DNA of 64,000 nt from an uncultured delta proteobacterium (GTDB taxonomy: Bacteria; Myxococcota; Kuafuiibacteriia; Kuafuiibacteriales; Kuafuiibacteriaceae): the NCBI GenBank assembly GCA_963803435.1, contig CAWDML010000008.1, positions 288,001 to 352,000 of the forward strand, written 5' to 3'. Shown one piece after another: positions 48,926 to 56,830 of the stretch. How positions within the stretch are numbered: position 1 is the stretch's first letter; every line of letters starts with the position of its first letter. Below the pieces are notes generated by a model, which saw nothing but the letters and a program-made list of their open reading frames with translations, ran no database searches and had not been told where the DNA came from. The position numbers were made by a program, and so were the translations under genes.

Positions 48926-50230
48926 ATGCGGGCGATCAAGGAGTTCTCGCTCGAAGCGGTGAGCGGCCCCGACGCGAGCCAGACCTACGGACCTTTCTCG
49001 CGTGCGTCGATCGGATCCGCCCGTAGCAACGACGTCGTGCTCAGCGATCCCACGGTGTCGCGTTTCCACTTCACGCTGGAGCGGGCGCAAGACGGCTTGC
49101 GGCTGATCGACAGTGAGAGCACGAACGGCACCTTCGTGCTGGGACACCGGGTGCGGGACGTCTACGTCGACGAGGGCAGCCGGATCCGCATCGGCGACAG
49201 TGAGCTCCTGGTCCGGGTGGAGGCGCAACCGCGCCTGGTGGAGGTCGACCGGCACGAGGGCTTCGGCGACCTCATCGGAGAGAGCGGTCCGATGCAGGAG
49301 CTCTTCGGGATCCTGGAGCGCCTGGCCAGGGCCGACGCGCCGGTCCTCATCGAAGGGGAGACCGGCACCGGCAAGGAGCTGATCGCGCGGGCCCTCCACT
49401 TCCAGGGCCGGCGTCAGGCGCAGGCGTTCGTGGTGGTCGACTGCGGCGCCGTCGCGCCCACGCTGGTGGAGAGCGAGCTGTTCGGGCACGGAAAGGGCGC
49501 GTTCACCGGCGCCGAGTCGGATCGCACGGGCGCCTTCGAGGCCGCCAGCGGTGGGACGGTCTTCCTCGACGAGCTCGGCGAGCTCCCCTCCTCGCTGCAG
49601 CCCAAGCTCCTGCGGGTGCTCGAGTCCGGGACCATCAAGCGCGTCGGCTCCAACGAGGAGCGCAAGGTCGACGTCCGCGTCATCGCCGCCACGCACCGCG
49701 ATCTCCGCCATATGGTGAACGCCGGCGTGTTCCGCGAGGACCTCTTCTTTCGACTGGCCGTTCTGCCGGTGACCGTCCCTCCGCTTCGCGATCGTCCGAG
49801 CGACGTCCCTGTCTTGGCCCGCCACTTCTTCGAGCGCACCCTCGAAGCGGCCGGGTTCGAGGGCACGCCCCCCCGCCTCTCGGAGGAGTCGCTCTCTGTC
49901 CTGATGCGCCGCAGCTGGCCGGGCAACGTACGCGAGCTCAGGAACGTGGTGGAGCGCGCGGTCATCCTCGCCGACGAGCCGCGGCTTCGGGCCGGCGATC
50001 TCGCCGAGCTGTTCCGGGTACGGACGGCGTCGACGGGTGCGGCGCTCTCCGACGAGCGGCTCCCCCTCGAGGAGCTCAAGCGGCGCTTCGAGCGCGAGTA
50101 CCTGGTCAAGCTGCTGGGCCGCTACCCGAAGGATCGCGCGAGGGCGGCCGAGGAGGCGGACATCCATCCCAAGTCGCTCCAGCGCCTGCTTCGCCGTCAC
50201 GGGCTGCTCGACAAGGACTCGACCGACTGA
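48926..50230 (+). CDS. FHA-domain sigma-54-dependent enhancer-binding protein
   Basis: FHA (VSRFH..STNGT), [35 protein letters not shown], Fis-like HTH. Confidence 0.93.
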   Translation: MRAIKEFSLEAVSGPDASQTYGPFSRASIGSARSNDVVLSDPTVSRFHFTLERAQDGLRLIDSESTNGTFVLGHRVRDVYVDEGSRIRIGDSELLVRVEAQPRLVEVDRHEGFGDLIGESGPMQELFGILERLARADAPVLIEGETGTGKELIARALHFQGRRQAQAFVVVDCGAVAPTLVESELFGHGKGAFTGAESDRTGAFEAASGGTVFLDELGELPSSLQPKLLRVLESGTIKRVGSNEERKVDVRVIAATHRDLRHMVNAGVFREDLFFRLAVLPVTVPPLRDRPSDVPVLARHFFERTLEAAGFEGTPPRLSEESLSVLMRRSWPGNVRELRNVVERAVILADEPRLRAGDLAELFRVRTASTGAALSDERLPLEELKRRFEREYLVKLLGRYPKDRARAAEEADIHPKSLQRLLRRHGLLDKDSTD

Positions 50231-50233
50231 CCC

Positions 50234-50902
50234 TCAGGTCCCCTCGAAGGTGATGGTGGCGCTCCAGTCGTCGTCCTCGAAGTCGGGGGCGCCGGGCGCA
50301 CAGCCGCCGTAGATCCGGATGTCGTTGCCGCGGATCTCCCTCCCGCCTGTCACGCCCACGTTCACCAGGTTGATGTGGTTGCCCTCGATGTGGAGGTCAC
50401 CGTCGATGATCGCGCCGGCGCAGGTGCCGTCGGCCGGGCCGATCAGCGTGATGTGGTTCCCGCGGATCGTGACATTCCCGTGATACACGCCGGCCGAGAG
50501 CTGGTGGATCATGTGGTTGCCCTCGATCACCAGATCACCGCGGTGATCGGGGAGGTCGTCGACCACCATCATCGGCTCGCGGCGGACCACGCGGATCTCG
50601 AAGTGATCGGCGCCGCCGCCGACCTCGATCTCAATCAGCTCGCCCGGGGCGACGTCGTGGAGCGTGATCTCACCCGTGATGCCCACGCTCTCGAAGGTGA
50701 GGACGAGCTCGCCGGTCGGCAGGTCCTGGATGGAGAAGCCGCCGTCCCGCTCGACCGCGACCGTGTGGATGTTGCCGTTGGCGGCCACCTCGAGCGTGCC
50801 GCCGGCGCTGAGGCCGGAGGTCAGGTGGCCCACCACTACGGGCGAGGGCGCTCCTCCGCAGGCGAAGGCGAGGGCGGCGATCGGAGCCAGGGCGAGGCGC
50901 AT
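50234..50902 (-). CDS. Hypothetical lipoprotein with beta-helix-like GDL.I.GN.I repeats
   Basis: Lipobox AFAC; repeats GDLVIEGNH / GNVTIRGNH / GDLHIEGNH. Confidence 0.7.
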   Translation of the reverse strand: MRLALAPIAALAFACGGAPSPVVVGHLTSGLSAGGTLEVAANGNIHTVAVERDGGFSIQDLPTGELVLTFESVGITGEITLHDVAPGELIEIEVGGGADHFEIRVVRREPMMVVDDLPDHRGDLVIEGNHMIHQLSAGVYHGNVTIRGNHITLIGPADGTCAGAIIDGDLHIEGNHINLVNVGVTGGREIRGNDIRIYGGCAPGAPDFEDDDWSATITFEGT

Positions 50903-50914
50903 GCGGGTCGAGAG

Positions 50915-50930
50915 AGCAACGCGCGTGCCG
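50915..50930 (-). promoter_or_regulatory. Sigma-54 promoter of the lipoprotein gene
   Basis: Minus strand CGGCACGCGCGTTGCT, near consensus; -12 C is 14 nt before ATG 50902. Confidence 0.75.
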
Positions 50931-50966
50931 TGCGCGGCCCTGAGGCTTCGGGCGTGCGGGTGAGAG

Positions 50967-50997
50967 CCGGACGGTTCCGCGGGAGCCGAATGGTTAC
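50967..50997 (-). promoter_or_regulatory. Putative activator-binding site, copy 2
   Basis: GTAACCATTCGGCTCCCGCGGAACCGTCCGG; same distance to promoter and start codon as copy 1. Confidence 0.6.
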
Positions 50998-51032
50998 TGG
51001 AAGCGTAGTCGACGATTCGCTACGGTGACCTG

Positions 51033-52177
51033 GTGCCGGCGGATCTGTTCAACCCGACCGAGGAACACCGGATGCTTCGGGCGATGGTGGCCGACTTCAC
51101 GAAGCAGGAGGTGGAGCCGCAGGCGGAGCAGTTCGACCGGGAGCAGCGGCTGAATCTGGACCTGTTTCGCCGGCTGGCAGACCTCGGGCTCCTCGGGATC
51201 ACCGTCCCGGAGGAGGAGGGCGGCGCCGGGATGGACGCGGTCGCGGCGGTCATCGTCCACCACGAGCTCTCGAAGTCCGATCCGGGCTTCTGCCTCGCCT
51301 ACCTCGCCCACGCGATGCTCTTCGTGAACAACTTCTACTGGTGCGTCGAACGCCGAGCAGCGCGAGCGTTATCTCCCCAAGGTCCTGACCGGCGAGTGGG
51401 TCGCGGGCATGGGCATGACCGAGCCCGGCCACGGCACCGACGTGCTCGGCATGAAGACGACCGCCGTCAAGAAAGGGCAACCGTTATCTATTGAATGGAA
51501 CCAAGACGTACATCACGAACGGATCCGAGGGCTACTGTTCCTGGTGTACGCGAAGGTCGACGGTCGGATCACCGCGATGGTGGTGGACCGGAGCATGCCG
51601 GGCTTCTCGACTTCGCAGCCGATCGACAAGATGGGGATGCGCGGCCAGCACGATGAGCGAGCTGATCTTCGAGGATTGCGAGGTGCCGCTCGAGAACATC
51701 CTCGGCGAGGAGCGCAGGGGAACCGTGCACATGATGCGGAACCTCGAGATCGAGCGGTTGACGCTGGCCTCGATGAGCCTCGGCATCGCCGATCGTTGCC
51801 TCGAGATCATGGTCCACTACGCGCGCGATCGGACCGCGTTCGGCGAGCCGATCGACCGCTTCGGACAGATCCAGCGCTACATCGGCGAGGGCTACGCGAT
51901 GACCGAGGCGGCGCGGGCGTTGATCTACAACGTGGCGCGGTCCGTCGGTCCCGGCCATCGCAATCGCGTGGGCTGCGACGCGGCCAAGCTCTTCGCTGCG
52001 CCCGTCGGGAAGACGCTCGCCGACTACGCGATGCAGGTGATGGGCGGCGCCGGCTACTGCAGCGAGTACCCGATCGAGCGCCTCTAGCGGGACGCCAAGT
52101 TGCTCGAGATCGGCGGCGGGACGCTGGAGAGTCACCAGAAGAACCTGACCAAGGACCTCACGCGTCTGTACGGATGA
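51033..52177 (+). pseudogene. Isovaleryl-CoA-type acyl-CoA dehydrogenase, disrupted (pseudogene or sequencing errors)
   Basis: Full-length ACAD split across frames: indels near 51346, 51473, 51538, 51643 and TAG at 52085 in L*RDAKLLEIGGGT. Confidence 0.8.
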
Positions 52178-54473
52178 GCGGGGGCAGGCTCTTCTTGAAG
52201 AGGCGCTCGTGGGCCGCGCGGGCCCGCTCCGAGAGCTCGCGCTCCGGGAGGTCGAGGAGGTCTCGGCTGCTCTCGCCCGGCGCGACCAGATGCTCCAGCG
52301 CGACGCGTCCCGCGAAGCCCTCTGGGCTGAACGGCTGGACCTCGGCGAGCGCCAGGAAGTGCACCAGCGCGATCCGGGGCTGTCCCGATCGCGCGACCTC
52401 CGCCAGATAGGCGGAGAGCTCCGCGGCGGCGAACGTGATCGCCTCCTCGGAGTATTGGGCCATCTCGCGCTCGAGCTCGGCGGGGTGTGTCAGATCCTTC
52501 CCGTCGATCACATGCTGGAGCTCGTGCGCCTCCACCTTGCGGGCGAGGATCTCGACGGCGGCGGCGTCGACGACCTCGGCCAGCTGCCCGCACTGCGGCG
52601 CGTCCTGGACGAAGCAGTCGAGCCGCGCCTCGAGGACCGGCCGCCAGCGCGTCGGGGTGAGACCCAGGAGCGCCGCGGTGGCGCGCGTCAGGTCGCCCGT
52701 CAGCAGCTCCCGATGGAGGCCGTAGATTTCTTGCACCCGGCTGTCCTGGAGCCCGGCCAGCGCCGGGCCCACGTCGTTGAGCCAGTAGTCGCGGACCACG
52801 TCGATGACGATCATGCCGTGGTGCTCGTTCTGTCGCGTCCACCCGAGGCGCGCGTCGAGGATGCTCGTCCGATCGACCCTGCTCAGCCACAGCGCGGTGT
52901 AGCCGCTGAACCGCTCCTGGGCGTGACGAACCCGCTCGATCCGGTAGCTCTTCACGTAGAGGTAGGGGAGGTTGGCGCCGCCGCGGCGGACCGGGACGAT
53001 GTCGACGTCGACGTAGAAGGGGATGCCGTTGTCTCTCGCGACGTCGTTGAGATCGCCGATCGCCCGGGTGAGCGCCCGCCGCTGATTGCTCACGTCGATG
53101 ACCAGCGGCGCCAGCGCCTCGATGCGGCGGGCCAGGTCGGGGGCGGGTGAGGCCACGCCGGCCGCATCGGAGACGGCCCGGCGCAACCGCCGGTCGCGCC
53201 CCGCGTACTCAACCCCGCCGGAGGCGATGCCGATGCGGGGGAGGCGTCGCTGATAGAGCTCGATCATCCACGGCTCGGCGGCGTGGAGGGGCCACTTCTC
53301 CGGGGTCGGGAGGGAGAGGACGCGGACCAGGCCGACCAGCGCGAGCAGCGCGACCAGGCCGGCCAGCGCGGACAGCTCGAGGTTCCGCCCGCGCCCGAGG
53401 AAGTGGATCGTCCGCGAGACGCGCGGCGGCAGAGCAGCGACAGGATCGCGGTCGTCGATCAGCTGGCGCTTCATCCGGAGCAGCAGCTCCGTCCGGGAGA
53501 CCGGCGGCGGATGCTCGTGGCGCACGTCCTCCAGCAGCGTCCGGAAGCGGCGCCGGACCAAGCGCCGGAGCATACGGCGATAGCTCGCGGTGCGCCGGCG
53601 CATCCGGAGCATCCCGGAGGCGAGCGCCTCCTCGAGGACGCCGTAGAGGAGGTCGTCGCGGAGCAGGCGCGTCGGGCGGGGGACCTCCGTGCCGAGCGGA
53701 TCCGACAGCTGCGCCAGGGAGGCGACGATCGAGAAGCCGACGGCCAGGGAGAAGGAGACGAAGAGCGCGGCGCCGCGCAGTCCGAGGAGCAGCAGCGCGC
53801 CGTTCTCGTACGCGATGGCGCCTTTGAATCCGACGGTCACGATCACGCCGGCCGGGATCCCGATGGCCCAGCCGATCGCCGCCGCCTGCTGCGTCGGCTT
53901 CTGCAAGCTGGCCTGCACTGCGTAGCCTGCCACCCCGATCACCAGCACGGAGGTGGTCGGCGAGTCCGAGAGCAGCGCCAGCGCGGTCGAGGCCGAGAGC
54001 ATCGCCAGCAGGATCGAGGGCCCACGCGGGTGGCGCCCGGCAAACGGGCCGGTGCGCCAGCCGATCGCGGCCGCCGCCAGCGCGGTCGAGATCGGGAAGA
54101 GCAACCCGCGCGCGGCGAACGACTTGGGGAAGAGGATCAGCAGATCGCCGGAAGCGTGCGGGTCGGAGAGGATCGCGAGCGTGACGACGGCGACCACCGC
54201 GAGCGCGGCGACCGCCTTGTCGAGGCGGGGCCGCCCGAGGTGGGAGAGCGACAGGAGCGCGATCCCCCCCAAGGCCTGCAGGATCGCCGGCTGGACGGAC
54301 TCTCCGATCGAGAGCAGATGCCAGTACCAGACGGCGCCGGAGGCCTCGTGCTCGATGGGGAGAAAGAGCGCCACGATCGCCAGAACGCCGGCCCAGCCCA
54401 GCACGCGGTCGAACGGATCGCGGATGCCCGCCAGCTCCGGGTCGATGTAAGGCACGATCGCCCGCTCGGCCAT
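52158..54473 (-). CDS. Hypothetical polytopic membrane protein with C-terminal HExxH motif
   Basis: About 9 TM segments, then soluble domain with AHELQHVID..AELSAYLAE. Confidence 0.65.
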   Translation of the reverse strand: MAERAIVPYIDPELAGIRDPFDRVLGWAGVLAIVALFLPIEHEASGAVWYWHLLSIGESVQPAILQALGGIALLSLSHLGRPRLDKAVAALAVVAVVTLAILSDPHASGDLLILFPKSFAARGLLFPISTALAAAAIGWRTGPFAGRHPRGPSILLAMLSASTALALLSDSPTTSVLVIGVAGYAVQASLQKPTQQAAAIGWAIGIPAGVIVTVGFKGAIAYENGALLLLGLRGAALFVSFSLAVGFSIVASLAQLSDPLGTEVPRPTRLLRDDLLYGVLEEALASGMLRMRRRTASYRRMLRRLVRRRFRTLLEDVRHEHPPPVSRTELLLRMKRQLIDDRDPVAALPPRVSRTIHFLGRGRNLELSALAGLVALLALVGLVRVLSLPTPEKWPLHAAEPWMIELYQRRLPRIGIASGGVEYAGRDRRLRRAVSDAAGVASPAPDLARRIEALAPLVIDVSNQRRALTRAIGDLNDVARDNGIPFYVDVDIVPVRRGGANLPYLYVKSYRIERVRHAQERFSGYTALWLSRVDRTSILDARLGWTRQNEHHGMIVIDVVRDYWLNDVGPALAGLQDSRVQEIYGLHRELLTGDLTRATAALLGLTPTRWRPVLEARLDCFVQDAPQCGQLAEVVDAAAVEILARKVEAHELQHVIDGKDLTHPAELEREMAQYSEEAITFAAAELSAYLAEVARSGQPRIALVHFLALAEVQPFSPEGFAGRVALEHLVAPGESSRDLLDLPERELSERARAAHERLFKKSLPPLIRTDA

Positions 54474-54510
54474 CCCGGAGGTCGGACAACCGCGGCGGGC
54501 CGAAGGTTCC

Positions 54511-55956
54511 ATGCGCGTCGTGGCGTCGATCCTCTGCGTGGCCGCGTGCGGCGAGTTGCCGCCGCTCGGCGATGCCGGCCTCGGTCAGGACGGGGGCTCG
54601 GTCGACGCGAGCGTGGCCGACGCCGAGACTCCCGACGCCCGCGCGCCGCCGGTGCCGCTCGTCACGGGGTTCGCCGTCGAGACCAGCACGGAGAGCACAC
54701 TGGCGGCCTGGGCGGTCGTCGAGACCCGCACCGCCGTCGCGGTCGAGATCGCTGTTACCAGCACAGCGTCGGTCGAGCGACGCTCGCGGCGAAGCGCCCC
54801 GGCGACCTCGCACCGGCTCCCGCTGGTCGCGCTTCACCCGCGCACGGAGTACACACTGCGCGCGATCGCGGATCCCGACGGTGCCGCCGAGTCGAGCGCA
54901 CCGCTCGCGTTCACCACGGGGTCGCTGCCGGCGGGGCTCCCCAATCTCGCGCTCGACCTCGCCGATCCCTCGCGCGTCGCCCCGGGCATCACGTTCTTCG
55001 GCGCCGGTCTCACCGCTGACCCGAGCCGCCCCCTCTTCGTCGGTGTCGACGAGGCGGGGCGGGTGGTGTGGTACTGGACCCCCGACCGCACCATGGCGCA
55101 GGTGACGCCCGAGCTCCGGCCGCTCCCCGGCGGCGAGCTCCTCCTCCTCTTGGAGAACGAGCTGCGCGTGATCGACGTGATGGGCCGCCCGGTCCGTTCT
55201 CTTCACGTCGATTACCACCACGACGCGCTCCCCCTCGGCGATCACTTCCTGGTGCTCGGTCGTGAGACCCGCACCGTCGACGTGCCCGATCTCGGCGGCG
55301 AGGTCGGCGTCGTGGGCGACACGATCCTCGAGGTCGACGGCGCCGGCGACACCGTTTGGCGCTGGTCGGCCTTCGATCACCTCGACGCGACCCGCTTCCC
55401 GGACGCGCTCTCGAGGACGCTCGTCCACGGCGTCTACGACTGGACCCACGCCAACGCGCTCCTCCTCGACGACGAGGGCCGCTCGATCCTGATCTCGCTC
55501 CGCCATCAACACTGGATCGTGAAGATCGATCGCAGCAGCGGCGACGTCGTCTGGCGGCTCGGGCCCGAGGGCGACTTCACCCTGGCCGGTGGCGAGTGGT
55601 TCTACGCCCAGCACGCGCCCGAGCTGCGTCCCGGCGGCCAGCTCCTGGTCTACGACAACGGCACGGCGCGCCCGGGCGGCGAGGAGTACAGCCGGGCCGC
55701 GCTCTACGGCCTCGATCCCGGAGCGGGCTCCGCCGTGGAGCTGTGGTCATACCGCACGCCCCACTTCACGCACTTCATCGGTGACGTCGACACGCTCCCG
55801 GACGGGCACATCCTGGTCACCGCCGGCGGCATCCGCGACGGGCCGCCTCAGGCCCAGCTCATCGAGGTGACGGAGGACCCGGCGCCGGTCGAGGTCTGGC
55901 GGCTGTCGCTTTCGGCGCTCGTGTATCGCGCGACGCGGATCGCGGACTTTCGCTAG
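54511..55956 (+). CDS. Aryl-sulfate sulfotransferase (ASST)-family lipoprotein
   Basis: Lipobox VAAC; YHHD, DWTHANA, ISLRHQ, FYAQHAP, YDNG motifs. Confidence 0.85.
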   Translation: MRVVASILCVAACGELPPLGDAGLGQDGGSVDASVADAETPDARAPPVPLVTGFAVETSTESTLAAWAVVETRTAVAVEIAVTSTASVERRSRRSAPATSHRLPLVALHPRTEYTLRAIADPDGAAESSAPLAFTTGSLPAGLPNLALDLADPSRVAPGITFFGAGLTADPSRPLFVGVDEAGRVVWYWTPDRTMAQVTPELRPLPGGELLLLLENELRVIDVMGRPVRSLHVDYHHDALPLGDHFLVLGRETRTVDVPDLGGEVGVVGDTILEVDGAGDTVWRWSAFDHLDATRFPDALSRTLVHGVYDWTHANALLLDDEGRSILISLRHQHWIVKIDRSSGDVVWRLGPEGDFTLAGGEWFYAQHAPELRPGGQLLVYDNGTARPGGEEYSRAALYGLDPGAGSAVELWSYRTPHFTHFIGDVDTLPDGHILVTAGGIRDGPPQAQLIEVTEDPAPVEVWRLSLSALVYRATRIADFR

Positions 55957-56022
55957 GAGCGTGTAGCGCGTAAGCGCTCACGCGACCCCGGTCCGGGTCC
56001 CGGTCCCGGTCCGGGTCCCGAT
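55957..56022 (+). repeat. Left terminal inverted repeat with (GGTCCC)n-type hexamer array
   Basis: GAGCGTGTAGCGCGTAAGCGCTCACGCGACCCCGGTCCGGGTCCCGGTCCCGGTCCGGGTCCCGAT; 61/66 identical to reverse complement of right arm. Confidence 0.92.
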
Positions 56023-56042
56023 CTGAAGATGGCTGCCTTGAG

Positions 56043-56345
56043 TCAGACGCTCGCGACGGTCGCGAGCTTCGATCGGTAGGTGAAGTGGGGATGACTTTCT
56101 CCAGCCAGCACCCGGAATGGAATGTCTTCGTAGGTCGCCCGCGCGATCCTCCGCGACGAATAGATGCCGGTGCAGTAGGCGTACAGAAGCAGCGCGATCA
56201 TCATTCGAGGCGAGTACGGTCGCTCGCCTCGCGGGTCCTTCTCGGAGTCCAAGAACGGTATTGCTTCGCCACGAAACCATGGGATCAAGTCCAGGCGTCG
56301 AAGTCGATCCGCCCAACGATCGATTCCAGACGAAACGACCTCCAA
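56043..56345 (-). pseudogene. IS1182-family (DUF772) transposase N-terminal fragment
   Basis: 56228-56079 encodes GERPYSPRMMIALLLYAYCTGIYSSRRIARATYEDIPFRVLAGESHPHFT, then similarity stops; no DDE domain. Confidence 0.85.
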
Positions 56346-56391
56346 GAACTTCTGCTGGTCAAAGTAGACGAGCTACCGCAAGCTAGCTTGC

Positions 56392-56760
56392 ATGGTCACT
56401 TTCGATCACGAGAAGCTCGAGGTCTACCAGCTCGCCGTCGAGTATGCCGACATCGCTGAAGAGATCGCACAAGAACTGCAACCCGGTCACGCTCACGTCC
56501 GCGATCAGCTTCGGCGTGCATCCGATTCCATCGTGAACAACACCGCCGAGGGCGCCGGAGAGTTCAATCCACCTGAGAAGGCTCGCTTCTACCGGATGGC
56601 ACTTCGCTCTGGCACCGAAAGCGCCGCCTCACTCCACACCTGCTTGAGGCGCCGACTCGCCAACGAGCAGAAGGTCCAAGCCGCCAGAGCCAAGCTCAAG
56701 CGCGTTGTCGAGATGCTCACGCGCCTCATCAAGTCGATGAACGCACGCCGGGCTGCATGA
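56392..56760 (+). CDS. Four helix bundle protein (23S rRNA intervening sequence protein / TIGR02436 family)
   Basis: FDHEKLEVYQLA..RDQLRRASDSIVNNTAEGAG..EKARFYRMALRSGTE..MLTRL. Confidence 0.92.
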   Translation: MVTFDHEKLEVYQLAVEYADIAEEIAQELQPGHAHVRDQLRRASDSIVNNTAEGAGEFNPPEKARFYRMALRSGTESAASLHTCLRRRLANEQKVQAARAKLKRVVEMLTRLIKSMNARRAA

Positions 56761-56765
56761 TCGCC

Positions 56766-56830
56766 ATCGGGACCGGGACCGGGACCGGGACCCGGACCGG
56801 GCTCGCGGTAGCGCTACGCGCTACACGCTC
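56766..56830 (-). repeat. Right terminal inverted repeat with (GGGACC)n array
   Basis: ATCGGGACCGGGACCGGGACCGGGACCCGGACCGGGCTCGCGGTAGCGCTACGCGCTACACGCTC, starting 5 nt after the four-helix-bundle stop. Confidence 0.92.

Larger units (their letters stand above)
55957..56830. mobile_element. 874-bp non-autonomous insertion cassette (IS1182-related) carrying a four-helix-bundle gene
   Basis: ~65-bp terminal inverted repeats, CTAG on both flanks (55953-55956, 56831-56834), transposase stub inside, interior more AT-rich than flanks. Confidence 0.8.

Noticed and set aside
52085-52087. In-frame TAG as pyrrolysine or read-through
   Set aside because: It replaces an expected Trp in a gene that also has four frameshifts; no pyl genes seen, and TAG is a normal stop elsewhere in the window.
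55957-56830. Diversity-generating retroelement (Avd-like gene present)
   Set aside because: No reverse transcriptase and no template/variable repeat pair with adenine-specific mismatches in the window.
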